DNA of 64,000 nt from Octopus sinensis (lineage: Eukaryota): contig NC_043006.1 in NCBI RefSeq assembly GCF_006345805.1, forward strand, positions 53,940,001-54,004,000. Direction: 5' to 3'. Position 1 is the first letter of the stretch. Each line of letters begins with the position of its first letter. The position numbers and the translations under genes were made by a program. The notes under the pieces were generated by a model. It was not told where the DNA came from. It did no database searches and saw only the letters and a program-made list of their open reading frames with translations. Positions 13,121 to 26,097 of the stretch are shown piece after piece.

Positions 13121-14050
13121 AGAAAGATCTCTATCCTATCTAAATTGGTATGTAGTCGTGTTTTCAATATACCAGAGGCCGTTCCTCATTTATACAAATA
13201 CACGCACACTCACACAAACACATACATGTTTATAGGTATACATGCATGCGTTTGTGCATATAAATATAAGTATGCATGTATGTATATGTGTATATTATTA
13301 AACGCATGTGATAATGGTGCCAATGTGTGTTTTCATGTATGTGTGTGCGCGTGTATTGCACAAAATACAAACTATAATTTCATACAAAACAGACCAAATT
13401 CAGAACCCCAGTTGACCTTCCTGTGAGATGACGATCCGGCTATTTTTCACTGAAATATCTGTTAACCAAAACAAAATCTCTTTATTGCAAATTCCATTCC
13501 CAAATGATATTCTTCAGTCATTAGTTCTCCAAGACGTATTCTTCATTCATAAATTCAGCATGTGCTCGAATGAATATTTCTGTATGAATCGCCTTTCCCA
13601 AAAATTTCAATCATAGACATCTGGAAAGATTCTAAAACTACGTCTCTGTAACTTAGCGATTCGACAAAAGAGAACGACAGAACACGTACTAGACCTTAAA
13701 AAAAAGTACTGGATTCGATTCGCTCGACTAAAACCTTTCAAGGCAATGGTCCAGCCTGGCCGCGGTCTAATGACTAAAACATGTAGATGACAAAAGATAT
13801 ACCCAATATACACTTTGAAATTGGAACTAATGGGGGAGGATGCCTGTAAGTAGTCCCTTGCTCTTCTAGAAATAGAAATTTACCACAAATTACAATGTAG
13901 TCCCTGATATATAGAAAGAAGGGATGATCACGCCTAGAATGTTTTTGATCACGGGTCTGATTAGTAAGGGCTGACATAGACAGTGAAATAACCGTGGAGT
14001 ATGTCGCCAAGAGCCGCCCTTAAATTTGCCTGGCGTATGAGCCTATACAG

Positions 14051-15455
14051 CAGGCATAAACAACTTTTTCGAGAAGCGGGCCGCATAAGACATGGATCAT
14101 CATCAGGTAAGCCGCACTACAAAAAAAAAAAAGAAGGATCTTTTCTATTCTGAAGCCAGTTTTTTCAAATTTTTCCTACTGAACCAAACAATTTGAAACT
14201 TCGTATACTGGTAGAATGTGTCAAAAGTAAACTTAATTGTAAACCAGAATGAAAACGGAATTGTAACTTCTAAGTTTAACGTTGTTTAATAATTAGAATT
14301 TTAACCAATGATATTCCGTCATTCGGCTTTATTTTATTTACTCCGTCTCGACCACCAATTTCGTGACGTATTAAACATCTTAAATGTAAACAAGCGCATC
14401 CTTCTAATTATTTAACGTACTCATGTTTCCAGGATCCTATAGTCAGCCACCTTCTAATAACAATATTTAAAACTAGTTAATAAGCCACATGTATTAAATT
14501 GAAAATGTTTCCATTCTGTATGTCTGCATGTATGTGTGTGTGTATGTATGTGTAAGTATGTGTGTGTGTGTATGTATGTGTAAGTATGTGTGTGTGTGTA
14601 TGTATGTGTGTGTATGTATGTATGGCCGATTCATCGTAATTACGATGAATCGGCCATACATACATAGATACATACACACACACATACATGCAGACATACA
14701 TATACACATACACCGAGTAAAAAATTTCAGTTATCTCTCTCTTTCACACATTACTCTCTCTGTCTCTTCACACACACTAACAGAAGCACTCACTTACACA
14801 ACATACTGTCTCCCACACCCCATCAAACACACACACACACACACATGTACATCAATGCTTCCCCTAGACGGTAACTTCAAAGACAAACTTCCCTCGTCAT
14901 AAAATCGCTTCCTCTTAGTCTCTTTCGCTCTCATTACTTATGTAAAAAAATAAAAGTTTTTTACGGAAATCGACGGAAAACTTGTGCTACGACAAGCGAA
15001 ACTTCGCCGAAATGTAATATTAAAAAAGCAAAGAGCTGGCAGAAACGTTAGCACGCCGGGTGAAATGCGTAGCCGTATTTCGTCTGCCGTTACGTTCTGT
15101 GTTTGTTTACAGTGTTCCGAACGTTAGTACGTCACAAAAGCGCTTTCTACGTCACACTAATAGAATGCAGTCAAGTTTTACACATGGAAACAAACAATCT
15201 GATTGGTTAAAATTCGCAGTTTTAATCTACGATTAAAGTCATAAAATAGATTTTTCTCAAATAAACTAGTTCCAACCTGTGTCTTGTTTTGCTAGACTCT
15301 ATCAGCATACGAAGTTTCAGAATATTTAGTTAAGTAGAAAGATCTGTGGTCCTGGCTTCAGAATTGAAAAGATCCAAAAAGAAGAATATATAAGTAATTG
15401 TTTCGTTAGGCAAGCCATTCAGAATTTCCCGCGGGCCGCAGTTTGCCCATGACTA
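14051..15455 (+). mobile_element. hAT/Charlie-type MITE split by a nested element
   Basis: caggcataaacaac ... tttgcccatgacta ends; subterminal gcgggccgca motifs; TSD ctatacag/ctatatag; uninterrupted relative at 59911-60055. Confidence 0.7.
14136..15375. mobile_element. GGATC-terminal DNA transposon with 8-bp TSD (same group as 4387-4819)
   Basis: TIR ggatcttttctattctgaagccag / ctggcttcagaattgaaaagatcc; TSD aaaaagaa on both sides. Confidence 0.85.
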
Positions 15456-16017
15456 CTATATAGGCTTCTGCAACAAACCCGTAATTGCTGCCCCTATAAA
15501 AGTATCATCCGAGTCAGAACACTCTCTTGCTCAAAAGACACTTTCTAAGCTAAGTAACTGGACTTAGAGCTAAACAATATCACCAACAACTACAAAACTG
15601 CTTATAGCATTTCTCACAGCTACCAATATCTATAAAAATCATTACTACATATAAAAGCAATTCCTCTGAAACCAAACTAACAATTTGCTATATTTACATT
15701 TACGCAACATTATCAATACACTTCCTCTAACCCTTATCTTACAAAGTCCTCCAACACTAAGAGACACACTAATACTTTCATAGACACCACGACTTCGCAT
15801 TCCTCTACTAACAGTAAAAACTGCACCAATCGTTATACATTACATCACAAACATCTGTGTGATGTATATTGTGATTTGTTCCTTAAAGTATTTATCATAC
15901 AATAAATAAATAGAATAAAATAAACTCAGTAGGGCTTGTTCTTCTACAGTTTTTCTATTTACTTATCAGTCGGCCTACCTATTTGTCAGCCCGTCTGTCT
16001 ATCTATCTATCTATCTA

Positions 16018-16066
<49 letters not shown>

Positions 16067-16332
16067 CTTTCTCTCTCTCTCCCCCCTCTCTCTCTCTCTC
16101 TCTCTTTATATATGTATATAAATTAGAGAAGAATCACCATGATATAATTAAATCATAATATATAGAATAAAAATTAAATATACGATTAAACCTATACCCA
16201 TAATTAAGTAAAGTACAAAATAATAAATAGTATATAGTTAGTAAAAAGCAAATATACGTCACGATGTGTTACCGCTACTGTATATAACTCACTTTGATAT
16301 TTATCATTGTTAAAAAGACTATACATATATAC

Positions 16333-16386
<54 letters not shown>

Positions 16387-17228
16387 AGAGAGAGAGAGCG
16401 AGAGATGTATATATACCTTTTGTCTATTATATGTAGGGAAGTAAATATGTGAGCGAGCATGATCTCCCTCGCCTTCCTTCCCAAACTAATATATAAAAAA
16501 ACATTTTTTATCAAAAGACATGTATCATTAACACCACCACCCCAGTCAAACACCTAAAACATAGAAAATTACTAAGAGAAAGAATTTGGAAAAACATCTG
16601 ACCGTTATATTTTTCACTAAAGGTCAGCTATGCAAAAGGCTTCATAAAACACTTCTTTAACAACCCACCACCTCCCAACTCCACCCCTAATCAAGTATCT
16701 TGTTTGACCATTCACTATTTCCTTTCAGCTCTTATTCATCAACACCCTTTCACTCCCACACCGATTAACAAGCCCAAACCCCACTTCAAGCACACCCAAA
16801 TCCCAAGGAATTTTTTTTTAAATCTCCCTACCTAAGTTAACAAAGAACTTACTATCTACGAACTAAAGTGTAAAATCAATATTACTAAAAACTAGAAAAT
16901 AATAAATTAAACTGATTAGACCTACCATTGAAGTCGTTTTATATATATATATATATATATATATAATAATTTTGCCTCTTTTTATGGAGACAAAAGGGTT
17001 CATAGGTCTACAAAAAAGGAGTGCTCAAATGAAATGACTAGTAATGGGACCGCGGCAGTGAACTCCCGAAATGGCCATAGGTATGTCTTAACTTGATTTT
17101 GTGGAATTCTCTTACGCTCCTTGGACTTCAACATCCATGGTTTTTATGAAACGAACTATTTTAATATATTTTTAATTGAGGGGAGTAAAAACTTTTTTTA
17201 GTCGACTGATATATATATATATATATAT

Positions 17229-17342
17229 AAGAGCTCCGCTCGAAACGTCATACCCTCCTTCTTCCATTTTCCTGAGCGCCTAATAATAATAATACTGTAA
17301 TTGTTCCACGTGTTGTTGTTTTTTCTGTTTTCCCGTTTGGAT
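17229..17342 (+). mobile_element. 5'-truncated hammerhead unit (subfamily F1)
   Basis: aagagctccgctcGAAAcGTC then the same body as 23213-23403; flanked by (TA)n; CUGANGA missing. Confidence 0.75.
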
Positions 17343-17454
17343 ATATAAATATATATATATATATATAATATATATATTAAAGATTTTTAGTATATACCTT
17401 CTTGATAATCTGTTCTATTATTGTATTTTTTGTAGTATTATATTTTTACTTTCC

Positions 17455-18070
17455 GTCTTCTCCAGTTTCAGCTCAGAGCTGCGGCCATGCTGATGCACCG
17501 CCGCTTTGCTGCACTGTTATTACTAAGAGCCTCCTCTACTTTGTGGCACTTGGTGAAGAATGGAGTTTGATATAGCTACCCTCATTTGCACCTCTTGTCG
17601 TGAGGTAGGTTCATCAGGGACTCTCGACAGGAAGTGGTCCAGCTTTGATCTAAAATCCCCTACATCTACTTTGTGCAGGTTCCTCAGACTCTTTGAGAGA
17701 ATATTAAAAAGCTGTAGGCCCTTGAAACCCAGGCTGTTGCAGTAATTGGCCCTGAAGCGTGATGGCGTTGCTGGGATCTTTGGCACAATGCAGTGTCGTC
17801 CCGTTCTGGCACTGGTGTAGCTTTCACTGCCAAAATTTGGCTCAATTCCTTCCAGGATCTTCCAGATATACATTACTGCATACCTCTCCCATCTTCTCTC
17901 CGGGGAGTAGAGTCTTAGCTGTTTCAACCTTTCCCAGTAGCTAAGCTGTTGCAAAGAGACGATCTTCTTTGTGAATCTTCTCTGGATTGCTTCAAGGTCT
18001 GCTGTTAATTTTACACTGATGGGTGACCATAGCTGTGAGCAGTAATCCAGGTGGCTGGGGACGAATGTCT
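17455..18070 (-). mobile_element. CR1-like LINE, 5'-truncated 3' end (RT thumb and 3' UTR)
   Basis: ORF 17523-18134 contains HLDYCSQLWSP, LEAIQRRFTKKI and LSYWERLKQLRLYS; the part upstream of ~18070 is flank. Confidence 0.9.
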
Positions 18071-18203
18071 GTGTTTTTATATATATATTCTTTTTATGTG
18101 TTGTGAAGCTATGGAAATATTTATATATGATCAAATGTATGGAAGCGTGTTATATAAAGTCGTTAACTCGAATTTTATGTTGATCTCATATCAATGTATA
18201 TAT

Positions 18204-18248
<45 letters not shown>

Positions 18249-18388
18249 CACACACATCTGTCTAAGCATTTATTTAATTATCTATCAATCTCTCAGTCTC
18301 AATGTCTAATCGTCTGTCGAGTTATCTAGTCATCTCTCTCTCTGTGTCTTTCTTTTCTCTCTCTCTCTCTCTCTCTCTCTTCTCTATA

Positions 18389-18435
<47 letters not shown>

Positions 18436-18465
18436 TTCGCCACGATAGATCGCTAGCCATTAAAC

Positions 18466-18530
<65 letters not shown>

Positions 18531-18571
18531 GAAGATAGATAGATATAGATAGATAGATATATAAGATAGAT

Positions 18572-18673
<102 letters not shown>

Positions 18674-19302
18674 TCCCACGCTTTTGTGACAGTCGCAATG
18701 CATAAAAAAATATTAACACTAAAAGTTATCAACCTTTGTAGAATACTGCTGCCGCCATCAGCAACCGTCAAATTTCGACAGTAAGAAGCTTCCAGAACAA
18801 TCTCGTGAAATGGAAGTCACAGATAAATTATCGTCTGCTTGTGTGAAAAGTAAAATCTAACGGAAATCAACACAGCTGAACGGAAGGCATATGTTTTTCA
18901 AGTAATGCACATACGCACGTACACATGCACACATGCACACACGCACACACTCAGATACATACATACATACATGCAAACATATAAACACATGTATACACAT
19001 ATATGTGTGTGCGTATATGTTAGTATGTATGTGTGTGTGTTTGTGTGTGTATGAGTGTGTGTGTATGTCTGCGTGCATTTATATACGCACATATATATAT
19101 ATATATATATATATATCTGTATGTATGCATGCATGCATGTATGTATGTATGTATGTATGTATGTATGTATGTATGTATGTATGTATGTATGTATGTATGT
19201 GTAGACGTGTGTAGGTATGCATATATATGTGTATGAGAAGGGCGTGTGTTGAAGTAGAAGAAGAACAGCAACAACAACAGCAATATCAACAGCAACAGCA
19301 GT

Positions 19303-19695
19303 GAAGGTGCAATGGCCCAGTGGTTAGGGCAGCGGACTCGCGGTCGGAGGATTGCGGTTTCGATTCCCAGACCGGGCGTTGTGTGTGTTTATTGAGTGAA
19401 AACACCTAAAGCTCCATGAGGCTCCGGTAGTGGGTGGTGGCGACACCTGTTGTACTATTTTGCTCCAACTTTCTCTCACTCTTTCTTCCTGTTTCTTGTC
19501 CCCGACTTCCTCCGCAACCGCTGAACCTGGATGCGCATTCATCCATCCGTCGATGCTCTCGGTGTCGGGGGTTGACCCGCTTTCTCTTCTGCGGGTCTTA
19601 TGAATAGCAAAGGACCATGTTTCAGACTTCTCCCACTACAGACAATCCTGGGGCGCGATCTTGTGAGCTCTGGGACGAAGACCGCTTCGCTCAAA
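19303..19695 (+). mobile_element. SINE family D, tail T2
   Basis: tRNA-like head tggcccagtggttagggcagcggactcgcggtc...ggtttcgattccc; distinct 3' half ending in (CAAA)/(CAA). Confidence 0.85.
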
Positions 19696-19734
19696 CAAAC
19701 AAACAGCAACAACAATAGTAACAATAATAGCCTC

Positions 19735-20077
19735 CTCTTTTCTAGGCACAAGACCAGAAATTTTGGGGGAGGGGACCAGTCGATTTGATCGACACCAGTA
19801 CGCAACTGGTATTTAATTTATCGACTCCCAAAGAATGAAAGGCAAAGTCGACCTCAGCAGATTTGAACTCAGAACGTAAAGACAGACGAAATACCTATTT
19901 CTTTACTACCCACAGAGAGGACAAACAAGGACAGACAAACGGATTAAGTCGATTGCATCAACCCCAATGCGTAGCTGGTGCTTATTTAATCGACCCCGAA
20001 AGAATGAAAGGCAAAGTCAACCTCGGCGGTGTTTGAACCCACAACGTAGCGGCAGACGAAATACTTATTTCTTTACT
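19735..20077 (-). mobile_element. SINE family B multimer
   Basis: Repeated B-box plus gtcgactttgcctttcat core units joined by aagaaataggtatttcgtc. Confidence 0.85.
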
Positions 20078-20629
20078 GCGGTATTGGTTTGTTTACATCC
20101 CCAAATTTTAACGATTCCTCAAAAGAGCCCAACAGAATAAATACTAGGTTTTTTTTTTTAAATAAGTACTAAGAGTCGACTTGTTCGACTGAACCCTTCA
20201 AAGCACTACCCCAGCATGGCCGCAGTCCAATGACTGAAACACGTCAAAGACAAGAGATAAAAAAATTTTGCCGGAAAATTAGCGTAAGCACAAAATTTTT
20301 TTGTTTTTGCTTTATGCTCTCTGTTTCTCGAAATGGTGAGTTCCGGGAAATTGAGAAAGCTTTTATTTGTAGTTTCTAATACTACAGTATCAGCCATGTA
20401 CCTTTATGTAAATGAGCTACGTCATTCACAATCTTCTTATGTTTTTAGTATTTCTTCACTGCGTTCTTTTGACAGTTTGGGAAGTAGAGGTAAGTGTTCC
20501 CTAATGAATCATCAGAGAAATTAAATTAATCAGAACCTCATTCGAAGCCGTTGAAAATCGCCGTGACTTAATCCTGGTAACTAATTTTATTGTAAGACTA
20601 AATATATTTTTAGTAAACACATGGTTAGG

Positions 20630-20680
<51 letters not shown>

Positions 20681-22186
20681 GTATGTATGTATGTATGTAT
20701 GTATGCATGCATGTATTTAATAGTCTTTAGTAAGTCAATGTTGTCAATAAGTTAATGCAAGGAACATTAAAAACTAATTTACTACTAACAGTATTACTGC
20801 TGTTGCTACTACTACTACTGTTGCTGTTGCTGCTGCTACTACTGCTACTACTACCACTACTACTAACATTACATCTGTTTTATTCACTAATGAATTTAGG
20901 GTTAGGGTTAGGGTTAGGGTATTGAAACGAATTAAAATTGAAGTTGAAAAATTATGGTGAAGGGGGAAAAAAACCAGGTCAAGCTCTGATTCTTGCAAAA
21001 GACATATTTGCTTTTATTCTGGGAGAATCGAATCGACAAAATAACCCCTAACGTCTCTCTTGCCGGAGAGTGAGTCAAGAAAATAGAACAGCAGAGGAAT
21101 AAAACCTGGATGGATTGGTAAAGTATTTAACTAATGCTTTCTATAATTTTCGAAACACTTGACTCATTTCTGGTTTTACCATCAGAAACTTAACTATAAA
21201 ACGCCGCAAAGAAAAATGTATGGACGAATCTTCGTCATTTTGTCAAAGAATCCCCAATTTCCAGTTGAAGTACTCACTCCGTCAAAAGAAATGTCCCTAC
21301 TATAGAGATTAAATGATATCATTGACGAAGCTGCTGAAAACAATCAAGAATGGCACTATTAAGGAACTTACTGAAAACAATCAACAATCAAATATATAAT
21401 GGGTTGTTTTTTTTTAATGTCAAAGAGAGGGAAGAGTTTAAAATTACTGCTTATAGAAGTTTTAACTTGTAGAAACTGTTTCTTGCCTTCAATTCTGATT
21501 GTCAAAGTCAATAGAAACAGAAAGAGTGTTTTTTTTATGGTAGAACTCTTTGATTTTAACTTGTGATGAAGTGTGACCCACATCAACAATATATATTTCT
21601 TGAGAAACTACAATCAATCGGATTGAAATATTTTGTGGCATTCAGGAAGATTTTTATTTTCTTCCTTTCGTAAATTGTTAGTTTTCTATACAATTATATA
21701 TATATACATTTTTTAATGGAACATTTTATGTTCGTGATTCTCGCTTTCTAATACCTAAAATTCTAAATCATATATTTAGTATCATTGTGTGATGAGGTCT
21801 TTACGGTTAAATGACAGGCTCTTTTGAGAGCCTGGAATGTTAATTTATCCGAGTAGAATCATCATTCATAGGATTTATGCCGCTTATAAGAGTTATGATC
21901 TTCATAATCCTTGTGAATTGTGCCATTCACAATCTTATTGGTCATTGTAAATTTGTAAATTTACGCTACTTTCCTTTGGCAGTTTGCAGGGCAGAAGTTA
22001 CCGCGGTCCTACAAAAGCCCCAATCTTCCGAACCAAATCATTTACAGAATAAATCAATGATCCCTGATGATTCTTAAGAACAAAACTAATTAATGCGAAT
22101 CATAATCCAAGCAGCTAAATATTCTTCGGGTTAACCACTAACCAATAAAACTAAAGATATATGTATGGGATATAACTGTATATATA

Positions 22187-22231
<45 letters not shown>

Positions 22232-22928
22232 TGTGTGTGTGTGTGTGTGTGCAATCACCGACGTCTTGGGACACTAAGGATGATCAAACTTGCATTTAGT
22301 ATATTTGCAAACCAACTAAATGAAGGAGCCTCATTCGACCCACTAGCAATAACAAAAAATTTCCTTAAATCATATCTTATCATGCTAGATTAAAGCCAAA
22401 TCAACTCCCTAATTATAACCATAACTCAATAATTATGAACCTCGATATTTGTATTGTCTGATAATTCATTAAGTCATAATTACAGCTAAATGTGATATAT
22501 AATTGCTTAAAAATTCAGTTTTGTTCCAAGACCTCTATCAGGCTAGACCCATATTAAACATAGCCTGTTAGTTAATTTTATTTACTTACCACTAAATAGC
22601 TGTAAACAATATAAGTTAATTACTTAACTTATATATAATTAGGGTTACGAGGAAAAAATGCAAATTTTCGACTTGCTTTTTATTAATTTTCTTTTCATAG
22701 TTATAATTTGCACTAAAATAAATCCGGCATTGAGAAAAACTCTATGGTTTCCTCTCTGCTTCGGTGCCTTAACCACCTGCTTATGTTGTTTAATGGTTAA
22801 TCCGGTTCACTTTAGTGTTTTTAAACGATAATGCTCACATTGAGTATATCCTCACCAAAAAAGAAAATAGGAAGGTTTTTTTATCGTCTGCTGGCAACAG
22901 AAGTGATAATAGGTAAAATAATAATAGC

Positions 22929-23167
22929 GTGAGATATAAACAGTAGCAATACGGCATCGTAACGTATAATTGCCAACCACGTGTGGCGTCCTATACAGGA
23001 CAGTGCTACTGGTGTTTATAGCCCGGACACAGAATGTGTGTCGTTAGCCAGCTGGAAGAGATGTCTTCCTGGGGCTATAAATGCCAGTAGCAATGTTCTG
23101 TATAGGACGCCACACTTGGTTGGCAATTATATATTACGATTCCTTATTGCTACTGTTTACATCTCAC
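22929..23167. repeat. Foldback inverted repeat, ~95 bp arms
   Basis: 22929-23024 is the reverse complement of 23072-23167 (e.g. gtgtggcgtcctatacag / ctgtataggacgccacac). Confidence 0.9.
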
Positions 23168-23212
23168 TCAGAGATTTAACATAGCTTATTTCTCCTATGT
23201 GACCGTGTGTGT

Positions 23213-23403
23213 ACCGTTGGCGATTGTTTTTTCCTCCGTCTTCCCTTCTTTGGATCTTTCCTTTTCCTATGTTTCTGATGAAGAGCTCCGCTCGAAACGT
23301 TAGACCCTCCTTCTTTCCTTCTTTCCTGAGCGTCCAATAATACTATACTTGTCCACGTCCTCGCGTTGTTGTATTTTCTCTTTGTGTTTTCATGTTTGGA
23401 TTA
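23213..23403 (+). mobile_element. ~190 bp hammerhead-bearing unit, subfamily F1 (PLE pseudo-LTR or retrozyme-like)
   Basis: Close inverted copy at 43270-43460; ends in (TA)n. Confidence 0.8.
23271..23305 (+). ncRNA. Minimal type I hammerhead ribozyme
   Basis: gttt-CTGATGA-a-gagc/tcc/gctc-GAAA-c-GTT-agac; stems I and II pair; stem III is a loopless ACGT palindrome. Confidence 0.75.
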
Positions 23404-23452
23404 ACTATATATATATTATATATATATATATATATACATATGTATGTATTTA

Positions 23453-23525
<73 letters not shown>

Positions 23526-24739
23526 CCAAAGTGTACGTACGCTGCTATATGTTTTATATATAAAAAATACAAAACGGGACAAGAACGCAAAACATCAAGA
23601 CAGACGATACAAATAAAACAAGGATGGGTCATTCGGAGTTTTCTATTCTCAGTCGAGTTCCATATGGTTGGGAAGCAAACTTCTTACCACACAGCCACGC
23701 CTGTACCTAATGTATATATGTATATTTTATCTGTCTACTTACCTGTCTATTTATCATCTATCCATATATATATATAATATATATTAGAAGAAATAAGGTA
23801 CTCAGAAATCTTCAGAAATCTCAGAAATCTCAGAAATCACATACATACATACATACATACATACAGCCATACATACATACACACACATACACACACACAT
23901 ACGCACGCACATACACATATATATTAAATGTATGTTGTTAATTCGTCAAATTGTGTTCAAATTCACGTTTTTCTCACCAACGTGTTGTTGTTGTCGTCGT
24001 CGTTGTCGTTGATGATGATGATGATGATTGTTGCAAATATTTGATTTATCTCAAGAACATATAACAAATAAAAACAACGGCTTGAGTTTTTCTAATCAGA
24101 TTTATCGTTGAATGATTATTGGCCCAGTTTACATCAAAGGAAAAGATATCCTTCTACAAAAAAAAAAAAGAAAAAGAAATTCACTGGGGGTGTTTTCTCA
24201 TACACTTATCCTGGTTCATGTGTAAAGAGATTTGAATTCTGTCTTACGAGTAAATGAGATCATTGAGAGACGTGAAATTCTTATATATTGCTCGATGTAG
24301 ACCCACCTACATCATCATTAAAGACATCAAGATATTTCATGACGTCACCGAATTTCATTTGCTCACTGTTTGTAAATTGACATGACACCGCTTCTTTCCA
24401 GCTTCACCTACAACATTGTTCTAGGCCACGTACCCTCGCAATCGAGCAGAAATAGTAACCAAATCTCCCTGAAATACAACTCTATCAGCTAAAATAAAGA
24501 GGTACACATTGGATGACGCATTTCTAGATATGCTATATATGATAAAAATCATTTTTTTTAAAGTGGGAAGGTTCACAGCTGATACAGCTTAAATTGTAGA
24601 TTTGCTGGATTATGGCTAACCTGAGGCTAAGCAACAACAACAACAACAACAACAACAATAAAACAATAAATTTCATGGAAAGTATTTACACCTCGCTGAA
24701 CAGTGTTACAAAACATTAAATACCGTCAGTGAAATATTA

Positions 24740-24793
24740 CGTGGTGATATCAGAAAGTTCCAGGACTAATTATCTATTATATAAAATCTGTTT

Positions 24794-24828
<35 letters not shown>

Positions 24829-25870
24829 CTTCTAGGATCTCGGGCATCCTCCATCCGATGCGCTCAAATTTGATATGTAGATAACGACGGTATCAGGGCG
24901 TGTATAAGTCTTGAAAAATTACAAAAATCGATTCCAGGTGAGAATGCGATCGATAAAGCCGTGGGAACGTGCATTTGTACGCGCAAGTACATAAAAAAAG
25001 TCTATCTTTATTTCTTCTTTTACTGGTGTCTCAAATTTAGGTTACATCAATGTTTCTCAAAGAGGATGCCTATGGGACGGTCGGACGAGTTGTTTTGAGA
25101 AAATTTGGTTTAAATGTTTGACAACTCAGCACCGTCCATTGGATGTGGGGCCTTTTGCTCGTGCTTAATAAAAACTAACTTATTTACTTAGGTTTTAACA
25201 TCATTTACTTTGAAATAGTCACCTTACACAGCAATACACCAATTACAGCATTCCTGTCACTTTTGGAATCCGGCCTGGAAGTCGTTTTCCGTAAGCGAGT
25301 CGAGGACCTTCTGCGATTCGCTCCGGATCTCGACAACGGTATTAAAACGGCGGCCTTTGAACTGCATTTTCGTCTTGGGGGAAAAGATGGAAGTCCGCAG
25401 GTGTTAAATATGGCGAATAGGGCGGGTGCAGAAGCGATACCATGTCGCTTTTGGCGAGAAATTCACGAGTGAAGAGTGGTCGGTGACAGAGTGCATTGTC
25501 GTGACGAACCCACTTCTTCGCGCTCCACAGATCCGATCGCTTTTGCCGAATGCCCTCCCTCAAACGCTTCAAAACGCCGTACTAGAACTCTCGATTGACG
25601 GTCTGAACCTGAGGAACAAAGTCTCGATGCACAATACCACATTTCTTGGGTGAATCCCGTGACAGGTCTTCCGGATAGCTCATCGTCTTTCAGAGACGTT
25701 CTTTCGCTTTTGAAGCGCCCATGTCACATGAAACATTGCATACGACCCATTGTTTCGTCTCCTTAAACTTTCCGAAGCATGCTCAATGTTTCTGTACCAG
25801 ACTTCCCAAGTTTAACGCAAAATTTCGCGTTAGTTCTTTGTTCCTGTCCATGACAAAATAGCAGACTACA
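24740..25870 (-). mobile_element. Decayed mariner with nested Helitron
   Basis: TA-cgtggtgatatcagaaagttccaggact end; transposase remnants HDNA...HPPYSPYLTPADFHLFP and GDYF; second TIR not identified. Confidence 0.8.
24773..25161 (+). mobile_element. Non-autonomous Helitron inserted at A|T
   Basis: 5' TC-tattatataaaa plus (TG)n; subterminal hairpin ccgtccattggatgtgg; 3' CTCG (CTRR variant); no TSD. Confidence 0.7.
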
Positions 25871-25920
25871 GCCTCACACGTAATCGCAAAAATACAAATT
25901 TCACAACTTTTTTTTATTTT

Positions 25921-26097
25921 TTACTACCCACAATGGGCTACACACAGAGGGGACAAACAAGGATAGACAAACGGATTAAGTCGATTATATCGACCCCAGT
26001 GCGTAATTGGTACTTATTTAATCGACCCCGAAAGGCTGAAAGGCAAATCGACCTTGGCGGAGTTTGAACTCAGAACGTTTCTGCCAGCTCGCCGCCA
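25921..26097 (-). mobile_element. SINE family B
   Basis: Reverse complement of 34807-35036; another copy at 26392-26606. Confidence 0.85.

Noticed and set aside
19303-19375. Functional tRNA gene (also SINE heads at 45825 and 50600-50672)
   Set aside because: Acceptor stem not closed and the sequence continues into a SINE body
20896-20919. True telomere or chromosome fusion site
   Set aside because: Only about four units; similar tracts occur inside a MITE
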